Translations under genes and position numbers: made by a program | Part shown: piece by piece, positions 14,421 through 27,049 of the stretch | How positions within the stretch are numbered: position 1 is the first letter of the stretch | Layout: each line of letters begins with the position of its first letter | Notes under the pieces: model-generated | Databases searched by the model: none | Seen by the model: the letters and a program-made list of their open reading frames with translations, nothing else | What the model was told of the DNA's origin: nothing | Origin: Auanema rhodensis | Lineage: Eukaryota > Animalia > Nematoda | DNA: 64,000 nucleotides | NCBI GenBank assembly: GCA_964057225.1 | Contig: OZ059899.1 | Coordinates: 8,928,001-8,992,000 of the forward strand | Direction: 5' to 3'

Positions 14421-16566
14421 TGGAAACTTCTAAGAATATATATTTGATTTTAGTTGCTAAAGCCAAGTAAAAAGTTAAGAAAAAACAAGTACGACAAAAA
14501 AAGTTGTTTATTTACTTCAAACGAAATATTAATGAGTAACTGATTGATTACTGGGATGTAATTAGGCGAGATGTGAAATAGAATCGCATATACATGTATA
14601 CTAAAAGAAATAGTAAATGATTAAAAGATGTATTGTTTGTTTTTCAAATAAAGTAAAGCAAATAAAAGGCTAAGTTAATAGCATCTTACTATAACTTCCC
14701 AGTACTACTTGTTATGAACAAAAATGACAATTGGCATCAGAATAAGGAAAACTAGATATGCGCATGCTACAAGCGTCTATTGAAGTTCATCCAACTCTAA
14801 ATGAAATGTTGCTCAGATATATACTCAGGGGGCTTGTAGATATGAAAATCAGAGCAGATAACATGATGGATAGCCCGGTTGGGAAAAGTTACTGCACAAT
14901 AAATAAAAAACTGAAAGGTTCTATATCTCATTTTCTGCGTGAAAAATATGGCCATAAGTGTCTCAAACTTTGCCTAAAATTAAAAGTTTACATGAAGCAT
15001 TGAACATTAGAAAACTACTAAAAATTTGAAACGCATTTACAAATTGTAGAAAAAAATCAGAAAAAAACAAGCTAATCCTCGAGTTGGCATTTAAAATCCC
15101 AAAAGGGCATAAAACCTTCTAAACCGATAATGATATAGTTTAACAGAATGCACATAAACCGTAGAGAAAACCGCTTTTATTTAGACATACTTGTTGAAAC
15201 AAGGCAAATTTTCTGAGAGAAATAAAGTATGTGCAAATTTCTCAAACATTCTGCCGGCTAGTTGGCTAGGTTGGTCGACGTCAATTACTCTTTGCTACTT
15301 TGTGCCTTAATTTTGAAATAAGAAGAAGTAGAAGCTAACTATCAAAGCATATATTCTTACTTAATATGTACTACTGAATCACCTAGAAGGATGCTCTATG
15401 ATCATACAAGATAATTGATTTGTTCTTCCTTTCTCATCTAATTATCTTAGTTACATATTATCATGATTTAACTTATAACATTGAAACCAAAATTATATTT
15501 GTATTTAAGACAACTTGACAAATATTATTTGATTTATTGTTCATTAAGTTTAATATCTTTATAAGCAGTTTTGCTGATGTTTTATTCATCTTTTTTTTTG
15601 TTGAGACATAAAAACGTAGACATATTCATTGATTAGGATGAAAGACTTTTTCAGTCTGGACAAATTAGAGCCACAGAATGATTGGAGAACGCCAATTTGG
15701 AGAGTTTGTCACACTCAAATGTGTCAATAAAATTTCGATCACAATATTAAGTTCTTGAAATAAAACAGGCTTCTAAAATTAAATATCTCATTTTGAAAAT
15801 TTACCGACATAAATGAAATATGTTTCATAGTGAAATAAAATTTAGTGCTTTGAAAAATTTTTCAAAAAATCTAAATTATTTGCTGATAAGGCTATCACTC
15901 TTGATTATTCCTTACATTTGGTAGAGCAGGTTTAAATCATAACTACTACACATATCTATATGCTTTTATATAAGCAATACGTATACATATAAGTAACTCG
16001 AATAATCACATTATATAATATAAAATAGTCTGTAAGATAACGGAATATGAAACTTCTTCTTATTTCAAAATTAAAAGTAAATGTTTATCTTACTATGCAA
16101 GACGACGCACATGCATTAATCTTTATATTGTTTCAGAAGACTCTAATAGCAGAAGAGGAAAGTTCAAATTCTATCTGAAAAAGCCCACTACGAAAATTTT
16201 TTCTGTAAAACAGAAGTTCAGAAGAAGGATTATATATATTACACTAATAAATGAAGTGTTTTTTGTCTTTAATCTGCCAGATTAGTAGAGAAAGTGTCAA
16301 TTTTTCTTTGTTAATCAGAAATAAAAGGTTTGTATGTTATAATGGTATCTAAACCTATAATGGACGATTTATTTGTTGATAACAGGGCATCTATAGTCTG
16401 ATAATGGTTCTGAAAGCACCACCTTCGTCTATGTTTCGTATTGATCACAATTTTAAAAATGTCAACAATGCTACTGATTTGAAAAGTTGTTAGATCCAAT
16501 GTTATAAGCCTTTTTTTTGTTTACTTTATTTTGACATTGTTTTGAGCTGTTTATTATCAGGCAACA

Positions 16567-19208
16567 ATGGAGAAGCGATGGTGCTGGTCTATCGTAGCAG
16601 TTATTCTGTTCATTCTCGGAGCACTTCTTCTCTCTGCCGGTCTTGTCGTCCAGTTGAAGGTGTTCCCCAATGCTGTTATAAAAGGAATCGATGAGGTTAT
16701 CAATAATCTATTTATGCACATTAATAGTTTTGAAACCTTATTTTATAGTTATCTTACTTTTTAGGGAAAAGTTCTTGGATTGAACAGTGATGGATCATTC
16801 AATAGTTTTACAGCATCATGGGCTAATCCACAATACATAAGCACAATGCAGTATTGGAGCATGGACTATAAAAATACCATCGGAATATTGAACAGAGCTT
16901 TGTATCCAGATGTTGTGGAAAAGGGTCCATATGCGTATACGTAAGTTGGAGACATTATAACAACACAATTCCAAAATGTTCTCAGGGAAAAGATAGATAA
17001 TCAGAAAATTCAATTTAACGAAGATGGTACGAAAATGAATTTTTCACAAGTTCAAACTTTCATATTTAATCCTGAAAAATCATGTAAAGACTGTGATCCG
17101 TATAAAGATAAAGTTACTGTTCCTGATATCAGTTTTATTGTGAGTTATTACAATAAGATTGATTTTAAATGTATTTAAAGGTTGCTATGAATATAATTGA
17201 AAAAGAGGTCGAAAAACTTTTATCCAACAAGTATTTGGGTATTATCTGTAAAAAACTTCATAAAGAGCAAGAATGTGCGGTTAGTGTTTTGATCATTTCA
17301 ATAAAAAATCTGTAATTTCAAGAACATTGCAAAAATAATTATCAAAGAACTAGGAACTACAATGGATATGTTTGGTGTTGGACCATTTGTAACTGTGGCA
17401 AGTTTTTTAATTTCAATCATGAAATTAGGTTTGAAACTTATGTTTGTTCATTGCAGACCGTTGATCAATTATTATTCTCCGGGTACAATTCACCGCTTGT
17501 TGATAAATTCCTCAACAAGATAATTGCAATTCTAGATGAACTTATTAGCCCAGATTTCCGCAAACCATTAGACCCAGTTTGGGTTCAGTTGAATGTGAGT
17601 TTTCCATTTACAATGCTTTAATATTAGATGGTTGACTAGTTCCATGGTGTCTCTTTCATTTTTTGATTTTTTATGTCAATTTTATGAAATAATAATAATC
17701 AATCCTTTTTTTACTTTTATATAATTGATTCAGAACGATAATGCGACAACTGACTTCTTGTATACCGTACTAACAGGCAAAACGGATTCTCAAATGTCTG
17801 GTTACATACAATCTTTCATCAGTATTCATAATATTACTGGAATGTCTAGTAAAGGAGATTTCTTACCACCAACCTGGTAATTAATTTTGTAAAAAGTAAA
17901 CAGCTTTATTATTTATATATTATTAGGTGGCCATCAGCCAACTCAGGAAACTGTACGGGTGATAATGGAAATCACGCTCTTAAAATTTTCGGAACCAGTA
18001 AGAATACTATTTTGTATATCATAACAAAATATGCCCAAAACTCTTTTTGACGCTTAGCTTGATTTTTTTTGTATTTTTATGCTCAATCTTTTCATTTTAT
18101 ACCTGAAATTCGGTAGAAAGTTTTGAATATAGGCTTGAGTTATCAAGCAATACGTCTCCAAAACGGGGGAGGACATATTTGGCAATATTACTATATTGCT
18201 AATAATTCTTTATGTAGATGCCGACTTTTTCAAATCACATATCCAAAGAACTGATGTACTACCAATGTATGTAGATGATATATGCAGGTAATGAACTCGG
18301 TATATCCAAACAATGTAGTTGCTATTTAAGGTCCACTGTTTTGGTATATGATCGCGATGTTACAGTGCAAGGAATAGACGGCTATAGATTCGTTTTGCCC
18401 CCAACGGAATTTGATTGGACGTGAGAGAATATGAAAAGTTCTTAAATTGTTTTTCTTTCAGTGATCCTAAAAATTGCGGATTCTGTCGTCCTTTGAATTT
18501 CGGAGCCTATGATCTTCCAGTTAACAGCTCATGTATGCCTTCTGGTCTTCTTGATATCAGCCAATGTAATCCCGGTATGCATTCATTTTAAATTAACAGC
18601 GTCAATCACTGTGTATTAGGTGGCATTTTGCCAATTATGATTTCAAAAGCCCATTTTTATCAAGCAGACCCCAGAGTTCAACAATTTGTTCCTCGCTTCA
18701 AGCCAAGTTATGAAAACGATGAAACTACATTAGATATTGAGCCTGTTGGGTTTTTCTTTATGTGAAAATGTTACACAAGACTTTCAGAACACTGGAACAG
18801 TACTACAAGCAAACAAACGGCTACAAATTAATGTGTTTATGAACCAGTTACCAAATATAGCGTAATATATTTTTTCATTGATCTTATTATTTATCTTATT
18901 CAGGCCTTATTCTGTGCTCCGACCTGGTGCATATCCTCTTGTTTGGCTCAATGAATCTTTTGTCATGGATCAGGGAACTAAAGATCAGTTGAACTCACAA
19001 CTATTTACTCCACAGAAAATAGTTAGTATAGTGTGTTGGACAGCTGTTGGAGTTGGAGGTACGCACAAAAGAAGAACTGAATTAAAAAAAATAGTATTCT
19101 TAATAAAAACAACCTTTCATTATTATAGGATTGCTAATGGCCATTGCTATTCTGATTATCATCATCGGCTTCTGCGTTAATTCGATGAAATCAGGAAAAG
19201 AGGATTAA
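16567..19208 (+). CDS. CD36 / scavenger receptor class B family protein (scav-type)
   Basis: N- and C-terminal TM helices. Motifs VVEKGPYAY, PFVTVTVDQLLFSGY, PSGLLDISQC, ISKAHFYQAD, LDIEPNTG, YPLVWLNE. All exons join in frame. Confidence 0.93.
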
Positions 19209-19323
19209 GTTTTAATTTACAGCATAACTTTTATTATTAAATTTTTAATATGCGTATGTATAAAATTAAATTGCCAAAAATAAAATATATAAAAAAATCA
19301 TTTCGTTTAAAAGTGTTAAGAAT

Positions 19324-21427
19324 TTAAAGGATGTTTATTCCTCCTCTTACAAGCACAGTCTTCTCATGCGTGAATGTGTCAAAGCCATATTTTCCATTGA
19401 TACGCCCCATTCCACTATTTCCAACACCTCCAAAAGGGGCTTTGTGAACTGAAAAAAAGGTTAAACTATATATAAGAGAGGAACATACTGAAAGCGTGAG
19501 ACATAACATCATTTACACACAATCCTCCACTAGACGTGAAGGCTATAAATCTCCGGGCCTACAAGTAATTAATTGGTTAAGGGTGAAATAATTAAAAAAT
19601 TAACGTACTTTACATCTATCTTTAGTGAAGATATAAGCAGCGAGAGGTTTCTCGTGTTCTTTTATATATTTCACAGAGTCTTCAAAGCTTGGCGAAACAA
19701 GTATTGGCAACAATGGTCCGAACACCTCTTCATTCATAAATGCATCATCCTTTTCAATGAGAATAAGTGCTGGAGGTAAAAACTTCTCTGAGCGCTCAGC
19801 TACTTCATCCGTCATATATATTATTTCTCCATTTGTATTATTAAGTAAATTAGACAAACGACTGAAATAACATAAATCTCAGAAAAAAAAACTAATAACT
19901 TACTCAAAATGTCTTTCATGAACTATTCTGGCAAATTGAGCGTTACTCTTCAGAGGTAGCATTGAAGAATAAACTTTTCGAATGGCTTCAACAAGTTTAG
20001 GTCTGATTTCAGCCGTAGTAAGAACCTGAAATATTATAAGAACCTGACTTTACTGATCAGAACACATACATAATCGGCAGATATGCAGATTTGTCCACAA
20101 TTGTAACTCTTAGCAAATACTATTTTTTTTGCTGCGTCGTCAATATCTGCATCAGATTCAACAAGAACTGGACTAAAGACAAAAAGGTATCGATATTGGA
20201 CTACTACGATAACATACTTTTTTCCTCCGAGTTCAAGAGTTATTGGAGTCAAATGCTTGGATGCAGCAGCCATTATAATTTTAGCAACAGTTGGATTACC
20301 AGTATACATGATGTAATCAAATCGTTCATTCAGAAGAGCAGTTGTTTCAGGAATAGCACCTTCAACAACTTTGAACAAATTCTGAAAAAAATAATGAAAA
20401 AAATCGAATAAACTTATATAACGAACAAACCTCATCGAAGGATTCATTAATCAGTTTGGCGAAAACGGCCGAAAATGTTGGAGCTAATTCAGAAGGCTTA
20501 ACAATTACAGTGTTTCCCGCTGCTAATGCCGCTATAGACGGACCAGAGCAGACTAGTGGAAAATTCCACGGAGAAATAACAAGTACAACACCTAATGATT
20601 CAGGTACGAGGTAAGCATTATCGTCGTCACTAACGAATGGTGTCTTATCCTCGATCTAAAACGAGAATAGAGTTCCGTTCTGGGGAAAATTAATCTGTAC
20701 TTTCTTATGAGCAATCCAATCATCCAGATTGTCTAATATGTGGTCAATCTCACGAACCAAATGAGATACTTCATCGCTTACCTAAAGTACAAATTTGTAA
20801 AGAAAAACGAAAACAAAATTGGAGCTGGTACGGTTTCGCCCACCACTCCCCCAATTACAGTATCATTACAGATCACGCGTTAAATTGCACACTTAATGAT
20901 AACTTTGAACATTGAAAATAATAAAACTTCTAATTTTTGTTGAAGCTCTCTCCATCTGGAGGGGATACCTCCTCAGACCCCCTGGAGCCGGGATAGAGCA
21001 CTCCTGCTGGTTTATGCAAAGCTGGTGAGTACCCAAAGTGTTATGCGCGCGCTCTAATGTTTATTTTCTGATGAATCGGTGGGGTGGTGGGAGAAAACCA
21101 GCGCACAAAAAAATAAAAGTTTTTATAGAAAAAGGGTAATAAAAAATATCTGAAAATATAAGAAATAGAAGAAAACTATTTAGAATAAAAATGTAAATAA
21201 TTGAATTAAACAAACACGGTGAAGATCCTGAAAGATTGCACCATTTAGTTGTTCTTCGTTATCGAGAAGAAGTTTTTTGTAAGTGTTCAAAATAGTCTTC
21301 CTTTTATTAACACAAGCAGTTGCTCCACTTCTCCAAAAAGCACGTTGGTTTTCAACAAGCTAAATTATACATTAATGAGCGAAATGGAAGACCATAATAT
21401 AATGCAACCTACCTGATGATACGCCAT
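19324..21427 (-). CDS. Aldehyde dehydrogenase, class 3 (alh-4/alh-5-like)
   Basis: [35 protein letters not shown], catalytic [32 protein letters not shown]. No C-terminal TM anchor in this model. Confidence 0.95.
20824..21102. mobile_element. GC-rich ~280-bp element with imperfect terminal inverted repeats inside ALDH intron 2 (MITE-like or structured RNA)
   Basis: Left end gctggtacggtttcgcccaccactccc pairs with right end ggggtggtgggagaaaaccagc. Internal hairpin tctggaggggatacctcctcaga. Confidence 0.5.
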
Positions 21428-22114
21428 TTTCAAAATGAGAGAAACAGTCCTTTCCTACAAATTAAATGATGACAAATAGAGTTTAACAATTGCAAGAAAT
21501 AGATTTCTTTTCAGGGTTTTTTTTATCACAAACAGAAAATGATGATAAAGGTCGGATAAATCAATGTCAAAATATACAAAACATTTGATGTTTTAGCAAT
21601 TGTATGACAAATTGATTCTTTGACTTATTATAGCATATGATCAGAAATATGAAAACATTCCATATATATGTTCATAAATAAATCTCAAAATCGGTACTTA
21701 TAATTCAAGCACACTAGCATCGAAAATCACCAATATTATTATAACAAATATCGATTTCTTGACATCACAAGTCTTTTGAAAGAGGAAGCGATAAGAATCC
21801 ACAAGTGTATATATCAAACTAAACTAGCATCTTCATTTATTACTTAACATTTGAACCTACAGTTTATTTTATAGTTATGATATATATTATGTGTTTCTTT
21901 AATATATCTGACCTTAGGACCGTTGCCATCTGTCAAACTTATGAGTGTAGATAAAACAGAAAGTATCGAAAATAAAACAATATTTTTTCTAATAATCATC
22001 AATTTCTATCATTTGCTCTAAACCATATTAAATTTACTTTTCAAGTTCTTATGATTTTTATTGATTCATGTTGATAATTTGAGGTAACCATAATTTTTTC
22101 TTAGTGTGACGAAT

Positions 22115-24213
22115 ATGAGCGATTCTCTATCCGAGGACGAAAACCTAACTGTTATCGCACAGAAAAAGAATAGTTCTAGCACAAATATGAACAATGATAA
22201 CAATGTCAATGCAGTTCTCTCTTCGTTGTCAATATGTGAACCTTCAAATAATGTAACTACTGGTCATCACAAAGATCACGAGGTTTGCGTGTATGTAGAA
22301 CTAAATAGTCCCATGAGGTGTTTTAGAATAAATACAAGGTATCGAGTAATGATATCTCCCTCTCCCAGGTTGATAACAAAACTGTTGATAAACAGTGCAA
22401 TGATGTCGCAAAGATTCCAGTAAACGTTACAACTAATAGTTCGGAGACTTCCCAAGAGAACAGTGCTAAGCAATCTAGCTCTTTAACAGATTTAGAAATG
22501 TTTATCAAACCGGCAACATTCCCTGACTTCACACAGGTGGTTAAAAAAAAGTAGTAATTACTTTTAATATATATATCTTGAACTAAGGTTTTCATTCCAA
22601 TCTTTTTAGGATCCTCTAGATATCGAACCATCAGGCCAACATTCACAAATACCAACCCCTGAAGGAGATTTTTTGGTTAGTCATATATGATATTACGTTG
22701 TTCTTTATCTTCTAGACGTTTATTTACTATTTTGAAGGTAACAAAGATCCCTTGAACAAAATAATAAAACAAAGTCCTGAAGATTGAGTGAAATTGATTT
22801 CAGACTTCTGTTGTTTCGACTCCATGTAGTAATTCAGCCGAAGATATTGGGGAAGCAAATACACCGGAGCCCTCACGACAACATCAATCTGAAACCAATC
22901 CTTTAGCACCAAAGTAATGATTGAGACCAGCAGAAACTTATAGATCATTCGTATTTAAGTACCATTATGTCGGAAGAGTGCAATTCGAACAATTATGTGC
23001 AAAATGTACCAAGGCCTCAAGCAAAATTACTCAAAAAAAGCGTTTCCATCATTTCACCAACAAAGGACAGAGTAAAAGAGAAGGTTCGTAATTGTTCTAC
23101 ATTGAAAGAAAGAGAAAATTAAAATCAGCTCTCTTAACATTGACTCTATCTTGGTTCGGATATTTTTAATTTAAGAGTTAAGGTAATTGTTTTTATTTCT
23201 GTTCTGGGCAATTTTAACCAGTCATCTGTTAATTTGGCTATATAAATTTGATCATTCGTTTGAAACAAATTGTAGACCAGGACTGCTTCGGACCCCACCT
23301 GATCGGTTCTCGCTAGTTTCAAAACAGACAACACAATTTTTGGTTAATTTTTATATACGTAATATTTCGTTCAAATATCAGATCGCACATACGCTTAAAA
23401 ATATGGGGTTTTTTATTTGAGAGATTACTGTTTTTCATATTAGAAAAAATTTAGATTTAGTAATGCGGAAAATTCAGATGCTGAAGATATCTCTATTTAG
23501 TGAGAATTGAATGAGTGGGTTATTATATATGTATATATTTATATATATAGACTAGATAAGGGGAGAACATGTTTCGCTAGTTTGTTAATACATTTCTCTA
23601 TCTGTATATGCCATGGAACTAAAGCCTTAAATAAGATACGTAGATTATATGACTTCTTTAAAAAAACTGCATGCAATAGTATATAGTCTTAATGTAATTA
23701 AATCTGATTTTTATTTTTTTAGCTTCAAAAATCTCACAACATGGTTAGTAAAGCTCGTAGAGGGTCTTTTTCTGAAACAACCCCTCTACTCACCGGGTGC
23801 AGGTAATATAATTTTTTTCCACATTTTATACCTATTACTAGATCATATCCCAACGTGGCAGAAGATACTACTTCAGCGATCCTGGACTATCCTGGCCCAT
23901 CCACCCATACTAGATCAGAAGTAACTATAAACATTCTATTAATTAGTATATTGTTGGTTTTGAGATCGGCCGAGATGAACTACGTAAAAAAAGAAGAAGA
24001 AATCGAAGACGGCGTTATAATACGGAACATTCTGAACCACAAAGACTAATGAGGTTAGTTTGATCGTTTTCGTTTGGTGTTCTGGACAACTGGATTTATC
24101 TCATATCTGGTTAGAGTATTGCTATTTCTATTTGTTTGGATTAGACAAGTGGGAAGCTTCATTGGCGACAACTTTGCTCTTGTGAGTACTCTTAGTTTAT
24201 TTGTGAGTTCGTG
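22115..24213 (+). CDS. Orphan multi-exon gene; Ser/Asn/Pro-rich disordered protein with basic NLS-like tract
   Basis: Several exons with good GT/AG sites join in frame (22115-22282, 22327-22536, 22610-22675, 22804-22913, 22959-23082). A later exon encodes ELRKKRRRNRRRRY. Middle and last exons are uncertain. Confidence 0.5.
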
Positions 24214-24329
24214 AAAATAGTAATTATTATATATTATGAACTACTTTTTTTTTGAAAATATTTAATGCATAATAATTTTTTTGAATTATTCAATTATACT
24301 CAACTAGCATGTTGTGTCAAATCAACCCC

Positions 24330-26950
24330 GGTGGTCTCCTTATTTTATTACATTAGTCTCCAATAGTTCAATAGTTCGCATGTCAACATCATTTCATGTA
24401 AATCTATAATTTATATCCATCTTAGGTTGTAGTTTGGGTTTAATATTGGATTGATAGCTTATTCTTTGAAAACACTCTTCGCTCGGGTTAATATTATTAT
24501 TCAACTAATTTTTTATTCATACACTTTCTCCTGAGTGGTATCCATGGTTTCCTTTTGGACCACGTTTGTCTGCTTGTTTATTTTCTATCTAAACTGAGAA
24601 TGAAATGGAACACAGCGAAAATGTGAAGATGAGTAATACGTTCAAACATTATAAGTTGAGCGTGCAATAGACTAATGCTCATTTCCAACATTTCCCACGT
24701 GTCTTTGTTATTGATGTTTTGTTGTTTCTGCAATGGCTCTCCTTCGTGCCTTGTTCGAATACCGACGGGTTTATCTTTTTCACCAATATCGTTTGCTTAC
24801 TTCTCTTGTCATCCTAATTCCTTCCGACAGCACAATTCTGCTTTTCCCATGTTGAGGCTAGTTTATTCTGTTATTGCCTACGAGATTTGGACTCTAAGTC
24901 AACCGTCGTAAGATTAAGACGACACAAACTAATAACAATGTGGCTATATGGGTGTGTTCCGTCTTTACTATCACTAGATTTATATTCACTGTTATTGCTC
25001 TATTTTCTTTGGCTAAATCTGTATCCTTGTTTGCGATAGTCGTATCACATGGCAAATCACTTGTCCTTACGTAATTAGCCTTTAGTATCTCTATCCGGTT
25101 TTATGAACCCATAGTTTATGTTCTGGAAAGTGAGAAGAATAACTGTCACTTTGAGAACCTGATTTGATAAATATACTGTTCATGGATAGAATCAAAGTGC
25201 GAATCATTATTGGTATCATCTTTCCCTGAGAAAACTTGATCTGTTTTTATGCGCATCTTTTTTCTGTTTTCTTGCCAGATATATGATTAACTACAAGAAT
25301 TACATATTACTTTCAATTCCACAAAGGCAAATAAAAAGATGAGAAAAAAAAACGAAATGTACCTTTTTATACTACTGTTTTTGCATTTTTCTTGTAAAAA
25401 AGCAGTTTTAGTTTGGCTGACACGCTTTTTCGTAGAGAAAACAACTGACGTCATGATACATTCATTGTAATGCTGCTCCAGCTGTTCTGTCTCGTGCCAT
25501 TTCGTTTTTCAGTTGACTTTTGAAAATTTACCAGTGATTTTCGTGATGACAACCTTTTCCTCACGTTTCATAATCATTTGCAGAAATGCTTCTTCCGATG
25601 AAGAGAATTTTTCTATTTACTAAATTCGCCTTTGTTTTTGTCTCACCTGAATTTTTCAATTGGTTGCTTGCTTAAAGATTAATTCAATTTTCATTGTGAA
25701 AGAATCGCTTGAAAATTTTTTCAAATACATTTGAGGTGGAAACCTTTCCAGGGGTCCTTTTTATACACTTCGCTTTTACGGTGGTTAGACGCTTTGCACA
25801 GCTGGAGTGAGTCCAACCTTACTTTTTTGTGAGACCTGCTCTCTTGTGTCCCTTATGCACAGACGCACTAGGTGCTCGGCGTCTTTTTGTCATTGCATTT
25901 CTTCAATGTAAATCTGTATTTTTTGTATGTTCTCCATTTGCAACAAATACTAAGTATTCAACTCTTGTTAATTCATATTTTTCACGATACTTCTAAATCT
26001 TTATATATTTCTCTCCGGGTATATTCTGTGTGCAAGCTTCTTTTTTTCATCAGTTCTCTTTATTTTGGTTTATAAAGGAAGGCTCGAATGATGTTCCCGA
26101 TTCGCGATCTTCTGATGGCCCCACAATTTTGTTTATGAAACGGGCTCTATGGGAATCCTCTTCCGCTTTCGATCTTGTCACTCGGAGTACTAGAAGCATA
26201 GTTTAGTTGTATTGCTAACTCGCATAGTCGCTTTTCGTTACTTCGCCTCCTACTTGCCGCCCGTTTTGTGTGTTTTTCATCTCGTTGACTGAGCACATCT
26301 TTCAAAATTTTCTTACTGTTTCTTTGCACGAGTTCTTCAATAGTTTCTACTTTTTGGAATATTTATTTCAAAATTTTAATAGTTGTATTTATGTCAATAT
26401 GGTAAGCAGATTCTTCTAATGTCATAAAATGCTCAGTGCTTTTATGCCTGACACCACATTGCGGTTAATATTCAATATGTTCTATGAAAATCAATATTCC
26501 CTGCTTGGTCTTGCGGATGTTTGCATGGGCAGTTAGCCACAACGAGCAAGCGTTTATAATCATAAATGATTTTCACTCAAAAAAGGAAGAAATTATAGTT
26601 CATAATACTTCAATCCTTATAGCATTAGGTTTCACAATATATTTTTGTACCCATAATCGTTTACAGCTACGCAAGAAGTTGAAAGTTCCTGATCTCAGTG
26701 AACTATGTTATTCTTCTTTCAGCTTTCTTTTTGTATATTTTACAATGTAGCCCTCTTTTCCCCTTAACTCCGGCTATCGATTTCTCTGCATACTTTTTAC
26801 CTTCTCTCCATTCTCTCCATTCTCTCCATACTGTTTTCATATTGCGCAACGCGGCACCACTTTACCATTTCTTCTGATTCATCTTTTGTGCTATGTTCTG
26901 TAGCATTGTCTTTAAAACATCAGCTGTACATCGACAACTATATTGTCTTG
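24330..26950 (-). mobile_element. Decayed RTE-clade non-LTR retrotransposon
   Basis: Minus-strand motifs in correct order: endonuclease-like segment (~26450-26540), KRTPGK (~25745-25762, cf. KAPGPD), RKQGYRFSQ (~25010-25036, cf. RQGDTISP), and C-terminal DKR...WIPLRRK / RPP (~24330-24575, cf. DxRW...WxPR..KR.RGRP). Riddled with stops. Confidence 0.55.
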
Positions 26951-27049
26951 AATTTTTTAGTTCATTTATCTCAAATCTATTATCAATCATTTGCTTGCTT
27001 CAGTGTTTTCGCATGAGTTTTTTCTAAATTCCCTTAAACTTATGGTTAA

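Noticed and set aside
15600-15770. Mariner-transposase-like fragments (FQSG, KFRS..LE); similar hints near 6540 and 8450
   Set aside because: Too short and degenerate to support without a search; no TIRs identified.
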